DNA of 64,000 bases from Octopus sinensis (lineage: Eukaryota). How positions within the stretch are numbered: the stretch's first letter is position 1; every line of letters starts with the position of its first letter. Positions 38,551 to 51,905 of this stretch are shown here, in pieces. The notes under the pieces were generated by a model. The model was not told where the DNA came from, searched no databases, and worked only from the letters and a program-made list of their open reading frames with translations. The stretch is taken from positions 98,332,001 through 98,396,000 of the forward strand of contig NC_043002.1 of NCBI RefSeq assembly GCF_006345805.1, given 5' to 3'. Position numbers and translations under genes: made by a program.

Positions 38551-38904
38551 ATGTAGACTAGATGCTTTTAAAAAATAAGGATCCCACAAATGAAACTTAA
38601 TGCTTTTGATACCAGCTTTCCTGGAGCTTTTTCTGGTTCTGTGATACAAAATCCACACATTCTAAAGTACTCGTATCTTAAATTAAAACCCACTGTCATA
38701 ATTTTATGTAAAAAAACTTTTATTATGATCCACACTAGCATAATCAAGGAAAAATTATTGTACTAAATCTTACAAAAATTTTGATTATTTAAAAAAAAAC
38801 TTTGAAACCAATAGAAATAGATTGACAAAAGAGTCGAATTATATAGTTATCATTTATCAGGCAACTGTATTACTAATTAGACCATGCTTAATTGGTTAAT
38901 TTGC

Positions 38905-38985
38905 ATTCATTCCTTCCTTCCTTCCTTCCTTTCTTTCTTTCTTTCTTCCTTTCTTTCTTTGATATACTCCCTCCCTCCTTCCTTC

Positions 38986-39030
<45 letters not shown>

Positions 39031-39375
39031 TTCCTTTCTTCCTTTTCTTTCTTTCTTTGATATACTCTCTCCTTCCTTTCTTTCTTTCTTTCTTTGAAAT
39101 ACTCCCTTCTTTCTTTCTTTCTTTCTTCCTTCCTTCCTTTCTTTCTTTGATATACTCCCTCCTTCCTTCCTTCCTTCTTTTCTTACTTTCTTTGATATAC
39201 TCCCTCCCTCCTTCCTTCCTTCCTCCCTTCCTTCCTTCCTCCCTTCCTTTCTTCCTTCCTTCCTTTCTTTGATATACTCCCCCCCTCCCTCCCTCCTTCC
39301 TTTCTTTCTTTGATATACTCCCTCCCTCCCTCCCTTTCTTCCTTTCTTTCTTTCTTTCTTTCTTCCTTTCTTTTA
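38905..39375. repeat. Polypyrimidine (TTCC/TTTC)n tract with 7 embedded TTTGATATACTC units
   Basis: Read directly. Confidence 0.95.
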
Positions 39376-40439
39376 TTTTATTTTAACTCAAGTTTTCAAT
39401 CCTTGACAGTAGCATCTCCTCTGTTTCTCCTAATTTAGTAACCATCCAGAACTACCTAATTGAAGGTGCATGGCCAAGTAGGTATGGTGCTGCACTTATG
39501 ATTTTAAGACTATATAGTCTTGATTCCTGGGTTGGGCAGTGCATTGTGTTTATGAGCAAAACATTTCATTTTACATTGCCCCAGTCCAGTCAGCTGTAAA
39601 TGAGTAACCCCGCAATGCACTAGCCTGTTCAGGAGGAAATGCGATTTCAGTCATTTATATGCCATAGAAACATGGTAACTGGCCCTATGAATCTTGGGAC
39701 ACAAGAAGTAATGTCCAGAACCAACTGATCTGGTGACCTTTATGAATGTCCAACATTCAATAAATGTTTTCAATGAGAAGTAACTCTCACCAATACGGAC
39801 AATTTGCTGTAAATCTTAGCCCCTAATAGTGCTAATATAAATTTAATATATATATTAAAACCTTATACCTATACAAACATTAAATTTATATTAAAAAAAG
39901 ATCAACAGTAGATTGTGGATTATCGTGTGTGTGCGTGTGTGTGTAATACTTGTATGCATACGCATGGACATATATGCTGGTTTTTATTTTTCAAACTCTT
40001 TCAGATGTGCGAAATTTGTTAAAATTATGATATAGAATTCATGCATACTTCAAAATAAGCTGGCGGCAAACTCTCTGAGGATCAATTACAATTTGAGTGT
40101 TATATTTTATATTATCATTGTGGTACTATACCCCCTGAGAGAGTTAGACAATACCATATATTAAAGTAATAATGATACATAAAAGTTTGAAGAATAAAAA
40201 TATATATGAATGACTTGATTTAATAATCTGTTTCAGATACTTGCACTTCTTTGTAGAGAGAGTGAGAGAGAGAGAGAGAGACTTAATACCTTGTAAATGA
40301 GAAATAAGAGTGAACAAATATATACAGAGGAATAGAGGTGGAGAGAGACTGGGGTAAGTCAGTGGGAGTTGTGTGGGTGAAGTCAATGGGAGAAGTTTTG
40401 GAGGTGGTGTGAGTAGTGTGGGAAATTAGATGTAAAGTA

Positions 40440-40865
40440 AAAAAGTTAAGTTACCTTCTCGAGTCATGCTGACTCATTAGGGCTGGTTTCTCAGTTTCCA
40501 TGGCGTATAAATTCTCCACTTGGACGGGATGCTAGCCCCCATCACAGACTTACTCATTTTTGTCAGCTGAGTGGACTGAAGCAATCATCATCATTGTTTA
40601 ACGTCCGTTTTCCGTGCTAGCACGGGTTGGACGGTTCGACCGGGGTCTGAGAAGCCAGGGGCTGCTCCAGGCTCCAGTCTGATCTGGCAGAGTTTCTACG
40701 GCTGGATGCCCTTCCTAATGCCAACCACTCCGCGAGTGTAGTGGGTAATGTGAAATGAAATGTATTGCTCAAGAACACAATGTGACACCCAGTCCTGGAA
40801 TCAAAAGCACAGTCTTAAGATCATGAGTCCAACACCCTAACCACTAAGCCATGCACCTCCACAGG
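40440..40865 (-). mobile_element. Old tRNA-headed SINE with an RTE 3' fragment (40584-40747) nested inside
   Basis: The SINE body resumes on both sides of the (CAT)n-tailed RTE piece. Confidence 0.7.
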
Positions 40866-41096
40866 GAGATTAGATAATGAGGGAGGAAATGAAGTATGGG
40901 GACAGGGTGGCCAAAATTTGAAACAAGGACAAGGTTAGATGAAACAGGAGGGAAGTGGTGAGGTTGGATAAGTCTGAGACAAGTGAGTAAGAGAATAAAG
41001 GAAATGACGGATAAAAGCAGAACCAAAATACTACAGGCAGTGTACAGAAATTATTTAAGATAGAGGCAGGTGGTGGGCAGTATTGGGTTAATGCTT

Positions 41097-41646
41097 ATCA
41101 TCATCATCATCATTTAGCGTCCGTTCTCCATGCTAGCATGGGTTGGATGGTTCAACTGGGGTCTGTGAAGCTGGAAGGCTTCATCAGACCCAGTCAGATC
41201 TGGCAGTGTTTCTACGGCTGGATGCCCTTCCTAACGCCAACCACTCCGTGAGTGTAGTGGGTGCTTTTTACGTGCCACCCGCACAGGTGCCAGACAGAGC
41301 TGGCAAACGGCCACGAACGGATGGTGCTTTTACGTGTCACCAGCACGGGGCCAGGCGAGGCTGGCAACGGACACGAACGGATGGTGCTTTTACGTGCCAC
41401 CAACACGGGGGCCAGACAGAGCTGGCAAACGGCAGCGAAATGGATGGTGCTTTTACGTGTCACCGGCACGGGGGCCAGGCGAGGCTGGCAACAGACACGA
41501 ACGGATGGTGCTTTTACATGCCACCGACACGGGGGCCAGACAGGGCTGGCAAACGGCCACGAACGGATGGTGCTTTTACGTGTCACCAGCACGGGGGCCA
41601 GGCGAGGCTGGCAACGGACACGAACGGATGGTGCTTTTACATGTCG
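41097..41646 (-). mobile_element. RTE LINE 3' fragment with an expanded minisatellite of about 61 bp (6 full units and 1 partial)
   Basis: Units alternate between two types (see findings). Confidence 0.9.
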
Positions 41647-42233
41647 ACTAAAGAAATAGAACAAGGAAGGAAATAGAAAAAAGATCTAGAAACAAGGAGT
41701 GGATAGAATTATAAAGGTAAAAGTAGAGTAGAGAAAGGTGAAAAGTGTTGTGGTGAATGCCATGGCAGGGAAGAAAGGGTTGAAATAATATAAATGGAGT
41801 AGTGAACAGTTGCATTATCTACAGGAACTGTTCATGTAACAATGTAATATGTACAATAAATGTGCATTTTATGCACATCATCATCATCATCACCATTTAA
41901 TGTTCATGTTTCATGCTAGCATGCATGTTAGATCAAGTATTATGTATAAGCAAGTAGTATGTAATGCCCAACTTAAAACAATATGGACAATGAATAATGC
42001 TTAAGATGTTACCAATGTGTTACACTTCTAAATGATTAGACATACTTTGAAGTTATTTGTTTGCTGTTGTAATTTGTTCTTTCTTAGTTACCTATACAAG
42101 GGTGTGTGTGTGTGTGTGTGTACGTGTACTTATTTTTGTGCATGTTTTCCTTGATGATTGTATGTATCATATGTGTTAAACATGCATGTCCTCTGTGTTT
42201 ATGTGTATGCATGTATATATCTCTGTGTGTGTA

Positions 42234-42281
<48 letters not shown>

Positions 42282-42282
42282 A

Positions 42283-42975
42283 TCATCATTATCATTTAAC
42301 GTCCGTTTTCCATGCTAGCATGGGTTGGACGGTTCGACCGGGGTCTGGTAAGCCATGGAGGCTGCACCAGGCTCTAGTTTGATCTGGCAGTGTTTCTACA
42401 GCTGGATGCCCTTCCTAACGCCAACCACTCCGTGAGTGTAGTGGGTGTTTTTTATGTGCCACTGGCACAGGCCAGAGCAGGCTGGCAAACGGCAACGATC
42501 GGTTGGTGCTTTTACGTGTCACCACCATGGACACCTGTCGGGCGGTGCTAGTATCTGCCACGTTCAGACGGTGCTTTTTACGTGTCACCGGTATGGGTGT
42601 CTTATCTACAATTCCATTTGAATTTTTATTTTGATGCTGTCGTACTTGACTCAAGAGGTCTCCTCAAGAACAGTGGGTCACTCTACGATCCAAGGTTAGC
42701 AGGCCATCCTACGAGCCATGAACTCACTTCATTTGTTGGGTCTTCGAAGTCACAGCATATCTCCAGAGGTCTCGGTCTTTCGTCATAGTCCCTGTGAGGC
42801 TCAAAGTACGAAGGCCATGCTTGACCACTTCGTCCCATGTCTTCCTGGGTCTACCTCTACCCCAGATTCCTTCAATAGTTTGGGAGTGGCACTTCTTCAC
42901 ACATCTCTCCTCATCCATCCGTAGTACATGACCATACCAACGCAAATGTCTCTCCTGCATGCTGCATCCGATGCT
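42283..42975 (-). mobile_element. RTE LINE 3' fragment including the ORF C-terminus
   Basis: ORF 42724-42960 reads QERHLRWYGHVLRMDEERCVKKC...GRGRPRKTWDEVVK, the typical RTE C-terminus (RLRWxGHVxR, GRPxxTW). It is followed by the 3' UTR shared with the other fragments. Confidence 0.92.
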
Positions 42976-42976
42976 T

Positions 42977-43025
<49 letters not shown>

Positions 43026-43483
43026 ATATATTGTGGCTAAGTGCAGGCCAACATACATATGTAGTGAATCAAAAAGAATTTTTAAACAATTGAAATTACA
43101 CCCTTAAAAAGAAGAAAAATTGTTAGCATTAATGATGCTTCTTGTTAAAGAAGTTTCTCTCTCTCTCTCCCTCCTCTCTCGCTCGCTCCTCTCCCCTTTA
43201 CTCCTCCCCTCCCACCCTCTCTGTATATGTATGAATATGTATGTTTAGAATATTTTTAGAGCTCCAGCAGGGAATTGTTATTTAAACTCTAGAATTTTCT
43301 ACTTATTACTTCCTTGCTCAGTTCAAGAAACTCAAGAACTTGAGTAACTACTAGACCGTTTTCAGCTGAAAAAGTAACATGTATATACTCCACGTAATGT
43401 ATGGAGTACAATTTTTCTTCCTGTTTTCACATGCTAAATGTAGTTATCTCTTTATAAATGCTGCAGTCAAAAGATTTACTTAC

Positions 43484-43521
43484 ATTTCATTGTTGTGTGT
43501 GAGAAGTTGGAGTATTATTGT
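43484..43521 (-). CDS. Candidate exon (TIILQLLTHNNE)
   Basis: Donor AAT|gtaagt, moderate acceptor, one open frame, phase 2 out, compatible with 33524-33658. Confidence 0.22.
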
Positions 43522-44245
43522 CTATAACCCAAGGGAGTAAGTACTATGTACTATCATTTCAGGGAAGTAAAAGGAATGGTAAGATTTGTTTAGATAACCT
43601 AGATACTCTGAAAACACATAGGAAGAAATGGAGTTCAGTAGGCCATTGATCCTTGGAATGAAAGACTGCAATTAATGGTTGGTGTGAGATTTGGCAGGAA
43701 AGACAGAATACAAGTTTGTTTGTTTTCTTTCTTTTTTAATGACTTATTCAGAAAAGTAAAAGCTGTGCCCATGAACCTCTTCAGTGTCTTTGAGACTGGT
43801 GGGAAGAAGGAGGAAGTTATTTCCAGACTGGAGACCAGGCCTAAATGCTTCTAAGAGGCTGGATTGAGTTAAAGGCACTCAAAGGTCCAGGTGGTGGTGT
43901 TATATTGGACAATCATAAATCCAAGAAGTAAATACAGCCAATTACTGCATGGACAAATTGGATCACAGCTAGACTATTCTGAAGATTAATTAGTGATAAT
44001 AATGGTTTCAAATTTTGGCATATGGCCTGCTGTTTTCGAGGTGAGGGAGAAGTTGATTGCATTGACCCCAGTACTTAACTGGTACTTATTTTATTGACCT
44101 CAAAAGGATGAAAGGCAAAGTAAACCTATGTGGAATTTGATCTCAGGACATAATTATTACAGACAAACTGCCACTAAGCATTTTGTCTAGTGTGCTGACA
44201 GTTCTGCCAGCTCACTGCCTTATAGATCAATAATAATAATAATAA

Positions 44246-44283
<38 letters not shown>

Positions 44284-44636
44284 ATAATGATCCTTTCTGT
44301 TATAGGCACAAGGCCTGAAATTTGGTGGGAGGAGACTAGGCGGTTATATTGACCCCAATGTTCAACTGGTTTTTATTTCATCGAAATGAAAAGGATGAGA
44401 GGCTAAGTCAACCTGGTGGTATTTAAACTCAGAATGTAAATAAAGCCAGATTAAATGCTGCTAAACATTGTTAAAAAGGATTATTTTTTTTCACTTTAGA
44501 AAATGAGAAATTAGAAGTTACAAGTAAATCTGTTAAGCTATGTACTCGTAGAATAGAGTTATGGCCCAAGAACTCACATTTATGGATGTGAGTGTGTAAA
44601 TGTTTATATTTAATGATGATACTAGAATCTCTATAC

Positions 44637-44869
44637 AAGGCGGCGAGCTGGCAGAATCGTTAGCACGCCGGGCGAAATGCTCGGCGGTATTTCGTCCGCC
44701 GCTGCGTTCTGAACTCAAATTCCGCCGAGGTCGACTTTGCCTTTCATCCTTTCGGGGTTGATTAAATAAGTACCAGTTACGCACTGGGGTCGATATAATC
44801 GACTTAACCCGTTTGTCTGTCCTTGTTAGTCCCCTCTGTGTTTAGCCCCTTATGGGTACTAAAGAAATA
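44637..44869 (+). mobile_element. SINE family A2, young, with a 19-bp TSD
   Basis: TSD GATACTAGAATCTCTATAC at 44618-44636 and 44870-44888; CpGs intact. Confidence 0.95.
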
Positions 44870-45244
44870 GATACTAGAATCTCTATACATAATTGTGTGT
44901 GTGTGTATTACTGAGTCCTTGCCTTTTAGTCACGTAGTTGTTAAACAAGTGTCACAGTTGCGCAACTGGTGCTCTTTGTTTCCAATCTTTCAAGGGAACA
45001 GACTTGGTCATCGGGCAATAATATTACCTTGCATGAAAACAGATGAGAGTTGGCAACGGTGAGGGTTGGTGCTCGGAAGGGGCACCTACCCATGGAAAAT
45101 CTGCATCAACAAATTCCATGTAAACCATGCAAGCATGGGAAAGTTGGATGTTAAAACGATAATGATGATGTCTCTCTCTCTCTCTCTATATATATGTGTG
45201 TGTGTGTGTGTATGTATGTTTATGTATATATATATGTATGTGTG

Positions 45245-45277
<33 letters not shown>

Positions 45278-45436
45278 TGGTGTTTTTTTTCCTCCATCTT
45301 CCCTTCTTTGGATCTTTCCTTTTCCTATGTTTCTGATGAAGCGCTCCACTTTCCTGAGCGTCCAATAACACTATACTTGTTCCACGTCCTCGCATTGTTG
45401 TGTTTTCACTTTGTGTTTTCATGTTTGGATTAACTT
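45278..45436 (+). mobile_element. Decayed copy of the hammerhead-bearing repeat at 53830-54035
   Basis: Shares leader and trailer; core GTTTCTGATGAAGCGCTCC, with GAAAC deleted. Confidence 0.75.
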
Positions 45437-45453
45437 TATATATATATATACAC

Positions 45454-45514
<61 letters not shown>

Positions 45515-46083
45515 ATATTATGTATGTAAATGAACATATGTATATGTATATATGTATATATTAAATGAACATATGTATATATGTGTGTATATATCTGTAT
45601 ATGTATGTATATATATCCATATATATATATGTGGATTATATATATATATGTATATGGGTATATATATGTATATATATGTGTATAAATGTATATATATATA
45701 TATGTGTATAAATGTATGAATATATCTATATATGTACATATATAAATGTGTGTATAAATGTATATATATCTATATATGTATATATAAATGTGTGTATAAA
45801 TGTATGAATATATCTATATATGTATATACATATGTGTATAAATGTCTGTATATATCTATATATGTATATATATGTGTATAAATGTATGTATATATATGTA
45901 TATGTGTATATATCTATGTATAATATATATGTATATATGTATATGTGTATATATGTATATATATATATATGTATATCTATATATGTATGTATGTGTATAT
46001 ATATATATATATGTGTGTGTATATGTATATATCTTTATATACATGTATATGTATGTATATATATTTATATATATGTGTACATT

Positions 46084-46125
<42 letters not shown>

Positions 46126-46676
46126 TATATGTATGCATTTTTATGAGTGGTTATTTTGAATAATACCACATTAATAGTCTGTTGGAATTTATACATAACT
46201 TATATGTTTATATTTAAGCATGTTTTTACATACATATGTGTATGTATGTGGGTATCTGTATTTGTATTATTGCCATTATCATTATTAATCTCTGGAGATC
46301 ACTGGGCGGTGGTAGTGGTTTGGGTGTTACAATTATAATCTTTCATTCCAAATATTTCTATGAATATACACCAAAGTATTTTAATATTATTATAACTTTC
46401 ATATGACTACGATTTTACATATGTATTAAAAATTATCCATATGTATATAGAAATATGTATGTTTGTTATGTGCGTACTTGTTTCTATATACGTTTATTGC
46501 TGTGGTATAATATATATATCTATATATATATATATATTATATATATTATATATATATTTTTATTATATATATATATATATATTTTTATATATATAATATA
46601 TATATATATATTATATATATATTATTTTATAATATATATATATTTTTATATATATATATATTTTTATATATATATA

Positions 46677-46715
<39 letters not shown>

Positions 46716-46750
46716 TATATATATATATATTTTTATATATATATATATAT

Positions 46751-46813
<63 letters not shown>

Positions 46814-47267
46814 ATGTGTCTCCATGTGTTCTGTGTATGTGCATGTATGTGGTCAGGATCTGATGCAGGCTGAACATTGAATATAAGCGTGTGTATAGCA
46901 TCATAAATTTACCAATGTTTATCTATGGTATATACTGAAAGTGTGTGTGTGTGTATGTGTGTGTGTTTGAATGGACAGAGTATAGGACTATCTGCCAATA
47001 GACTAAATTCAAATTGACTTCAGGCATTTTGATGCGTTTTTTTTTTTTTTTTTTGTTGGTAATCTTATCTGGAGAAAAATTTCTCACTCCTATTTAACAC
47101 TATGAAAGTTTTAGTTCAGCTGTACCCCTTTAAAGGCTTTTGAGAATTGGTATGTATACACACACCATGTGGTTTGAATGAATGCATGGATGAAATTGTA
47201 TAATGTGTCCAACTTTTTGAAAAAAATTTACATTATTATTCTTACTATTATTATTATTATTAAGGTG

Positions 47268-47672
47268 GCAAGGAGTGGCTGTGTGGTAAGTAGCTTGCTA
47301 ACCAACCACATGGTTCCAGGTTCAGTCCCACTGCGTAGCACCTTGGGCAAGTGTCTTCTACTATAGCCTCGGGCCGACCAAAGCCTTGTGAGTGGATTTG
47401 GTAGACGGAAACTGAAAGAAGCCTGTCGTATATGTGTATATATATATATATATGTGTGTGTGTGTCTGTGTTTGTCCCTCCAACATCGCTTGACAACTGA
47501 TGGTGGTGTGTTTACGTCCCCGTAACTTAGCGGTTCGGCAAAACAGACCGATAGAATAAGTACTAGGCTTACAAAGAATAAGTCCCGGGGTCGATTTGCT
47601 CGACTAAAGGTGGTGCTCCAAGCATGGCCGCAGTCAAATGACTGAAACAAGTAAAAGAGTAAAGAGAGAGTA
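47268..47672 (+). mobile_element. SINE family B, full length
   Basis: Complete head to the AGTAAAAGAG tail. Confidence 0.92.
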
Positions 47673-47689
47673 AAGCTGGCAGAATTAGT

Positions 47690-48115
47690 AGCATTTCATT
47701 TGTCTTTAGTTCAAATTCTGTTGATAAAATTCAAGGTTGATAAAATAAGTACCAGTTGAACATTGGGTCGATACAACTGACTTACCCTTTTCCCTAAATT
47801 GCTGGCCTTGTGCTAAAAAGTGAAATCATCATTATTATTATTGATATTCTTCTTCTACTTCTTCTTCTTCTCATTATTACTATTATTATTATTATTATCA
47901 CTATTAAGGTAGTGAGCGGGCAGAATTGTTAGCACACCGGGCGTAATGCTTAGCGGTATTTTGTCTGTCTTTACATTCTGAGTTCAAATTCTGCTGAGGT
48001 CAACTTTGCCTGTCATCCTTTAGGGGTCGATAAATTAAGTACAGTGGAACACGGGTTGATGCAATCAACTAGTCCTCTCCCCAGAAATTTTAAGCTTTGT
48101 GCTTATAGTAGAAGG

Positions 48116-48175
<60 letters not shown>

Positions 48176-48405
48176 GTGTAAGACAGCAAGCTGGTAGAAT
48201 CGTTAGAGCATTGGGAAAAGTGCTTTGCAGTGTTTCTTCTGACTCTTTACATTCTGAGCTCAAATCCTGCTGAGGTCAACTTTGACTTCTGTTCTTTTGG
48301 GTTCAATAAAATAAACTACTAGTCAAATACTGGAGTCAATGTAATTGACTTAGACTTCTCACTAAAATTGCTGACATTGTGCCGAGATTTGAAACTGTTA
48401 TTATT
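47690..48405 (+). mobile_element. Chain of three family A SINEs joined by (ATT)n tails
   Basis: Cores at about 47720, 47985 and 48260. Confidence 0.75.
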
Positions 48406-48512
48406 ATTAATGTAAGATACAAATATGATAATTTATTTTCACACACAGAAGCACCATTAGCTGTCTGTTGACAAATGTTTCTGCTTTGTAAGGTAATTTA
48501 CCCAATATTTGT

Positions 48513-48886
48513 GAAGGCGCAATGGCCCAGTGGTTAGGGCAGTGGACTCGCGGTCCGTAGGATCGCAGTTTCGATTCCAGACCGGGCGTTGTGAGTGTTT
48601 CTTGAGCGAAAACACTAAAGCTCCACACGCTCCGGCAGGGGGTGGTGGTGATCCTGCTGTACTCTTTCACCACAACTTCCCTCACTCTTACTCCCGTTTC
48701 TGTTGTACCTGTATTTCAAAGGGCCGGCCTGTCACCTCTGTGTCACGCTGAATATCCCTGAGAACTGCGTTAAGGTACACGTGTCTGTGGAGTGCTCAGC
48801 CACTTACACGTTAATTTCACGAGCAGGCTGTTCCGTTGATCGGATCAACCGGAACCCTCGTCGTCGTAACCGACGGAGTGCTTCCA
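48513..48886 (+). mobile_element. SINE family C, full length
   Basis: Complete; TSD ACCCAATATTT on both sides. Confidence 0.92.
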
Positions 48887-50866
48887 CCACCCAATATTTC
48901 TGCTGTTCTAATGGCGTTTCTGTGTTTTAAAATAAATTATCATCTTATTTGTATCTTACAATACACATTTCAACTCTCATAAAAAAACAACAAATGTTTG
49001 TTTATACTATTAGTGTGTTTTTGTTGTTATTGTTGAGTTTGTTTCATGCAAGCTGTTCTAAGTCTCACCCAAAGACTTCAAGTTAACAGCAAGCAGGAAG
49101 TTTTACTCTTCATGTTACCCATGAATAGCAATTTCAAAGAAAGGTGACCAAAAACTGAGAAGTAGGATTTCATCAAAAGTTTATTATGATTTGAAAGATT
49201 TTAAAAGATTCAGGCATTTTCAGATGATAATGGTTTTCATAGGATGAGAAAAAATTTTTACTGTTCTTATACTTTTGGGATTCCTGGTACTTGACCACAG
49301 TATTTAAGAGTGTCGTCTGGTATAATTGCTCAAACCCCAGTAACCACAGGTATATAGATGTCATTCATAGATGCTACCTGTTTGAGGCCTCTGTTTCATG
49401 TATTTAATTAACTTTTCCATTAAAGTCTTTTGGGATTGACAAATCCTGTTTTAGCCATGTGATTTTTAGCCACAATATCTGCTCTATTCACCTGAATAAC
49501 TTAATTAGTTTCAATGTTGAAGTTACAGAGAATTGTGCTGTCTTTATTTTCTGCTATTTAGGCTGGTAAAAATGGAAGTTGAGATGATAATTCATTTTGG
49601 ACCATATTAGCATTCATTATAAGTGGAGTGAAATAACCAATATTAGGTTTAGAAATTTAATAGTCCCATCACAGCTTTGCTTACTGGGATCTTATCTTAC
49701 ATTGCTTATTAATCTGGAGGTTGACAATATCACTAAATGAAAATGACTCCATGAACAGGCAAACAAACAAGTAAATAAATCTGCTAAAGTCAAATGGGTT
49801 CTTAAGTTTGCTTGACATTCAACAAAATTTTGAGCTGCCTTATTTGGGAATATACATTTATCTGCATCTTTATTGTCCATTGCAAGATCAGTTCTTGTAT
49901 AGATCTTGCCTTAGACAACATCTCAGATGTTTCATAGTTTTGTGGATAGTAGAGTTATTGGAGGAGTTGTATACCCATTTGTTGAGTGCCAAGTTGGTTC
50001 TGTCAACACCAAACCCAGCTTTCATCCACATCAGGTGATTGTTATTCATTTACTGCTGCTCCCATTGTTATTGAGGGTTGGTAGACAGTTGTTCCTTTCT
50101 ACCCCAACAGAGTTGTTCTTGTCTCATTTCTCTTCTGTGTCAACCTCAAGAGAAGGGACACATTTGAGGAAGCTTTGCTTTGACCAAACACCAGTTCAGA
50201 GTCACCTGTAACAATCAAAGTATGTTGTTCATTTATTTTCTGTCACTGAAATTCCTTCATACTGGCTGTGATCTCATAATGGCTGATAGGGCAATGTCCA
50301 CCTGAATATAGGAGGTAACTATGTGTGTTGGTCTAAGACAGTCTGATAGATAGATAGATAGGGAATAATAAAAACTCGATCTATCTACTCAGCATAGATA
50401 CATCTTTCCCATTACTAAGCTTTGAAGTAGCTGTGTGCATAGCTTTGGTGCTACAGAAGTTGAGCATTGAACCTGAGGAATTGCACTCCATCTTGTATTT
50501 GTGAACTTGCTGATGATGCTAAAACAAAATTTTTGTTTCAGTTATTATATATGTCCTTCAACTTCTTGGAGTATTTTTTTTTTTTGTGGCATAGGTTTGA
50601 CCTGAGTACAATGTTGTCATTGGCTCTACTTTCTAGCGTATGACAAAGAGAGTGAAAGAAAGAAAAATAATAAGAGACTGATTTAGATATATTCACTATA
50701 AACTATATTCTCTTTCATCGTGATAAAATTTTCAAAATGATATATATATATTGAAAAAAATTTAATAGTATATATATAGATATGATATATTATATATATC
50801 TATATATATAATATACATATGTATACAGACATAAAATAATATATATAGATATATATATATATAGAT

Positions 50867-50905
<39 letters not shown>

Positions 50906-51122
50906 TATATATATAGAAATATGTATAGACATACATATATAAATATATATATATAATATATATATATATATACATACATATATAAAATATATATATATAT
51001 ATATATATATAGATATATAATATGTATACATACATATATACATATAATATATATATATATATATATACATATGTATACATACATATATAAATATAATATA
51101 TATATATATATACATATGTATA

Positions 51123-51153
<31 letters not shown>

Positions 51154-51360
51154 CGCATATATTAATACATATAAAAACATATATATATAAAATAATATAT
51201 ATAAATATATATATTATCTATATATATATATATATATCTATATAATTATAATATATATATATATAAATATATATATATATTGAAAACAATTTTCCTTCTC
51301 TCTCTCTCTCTCTCTTATATATATATATATTATATATATATTATTATATATTGAAAACAA

Positions 51361-51418
<58 letters not shown>

Positions 51419-51448
51419 AAAACAATTTTATATACACAACAGACACAC

Positions 51449-51506
<58 letters not shown>

Positions 51507-51873
51507 TATGTATGAGAGACAGAGAAGAGTGAGTTTGCTGTTTATTTGACTTACAGTGCTTACTAAATAAATAATTTTGGTTAATAATTTGTGAACAGGT
51601 TTTTCAACCTACAAATCAAAGCTGATTGCCTGTTTTTATGCATTTACTGTTTTTTTTTATTCATTTTATTTGTGTTCACTATATTTTATATTTGTTTTGT
51701 ATAGTGTATGATATGTTTGTATGTGCATGAATGTATGTGTGTGTGAGTGAGTATATATGTATCCATCTATCTTATACTATGTATGTATATATGTGTGTGT
51801 GTGTATCTATATTGATGGATATATATGTATATATAGATGTATGTATGTGGTATAGATATGTGTGTATGTATAC

Positions 51874-51905
<32 letters not shown>

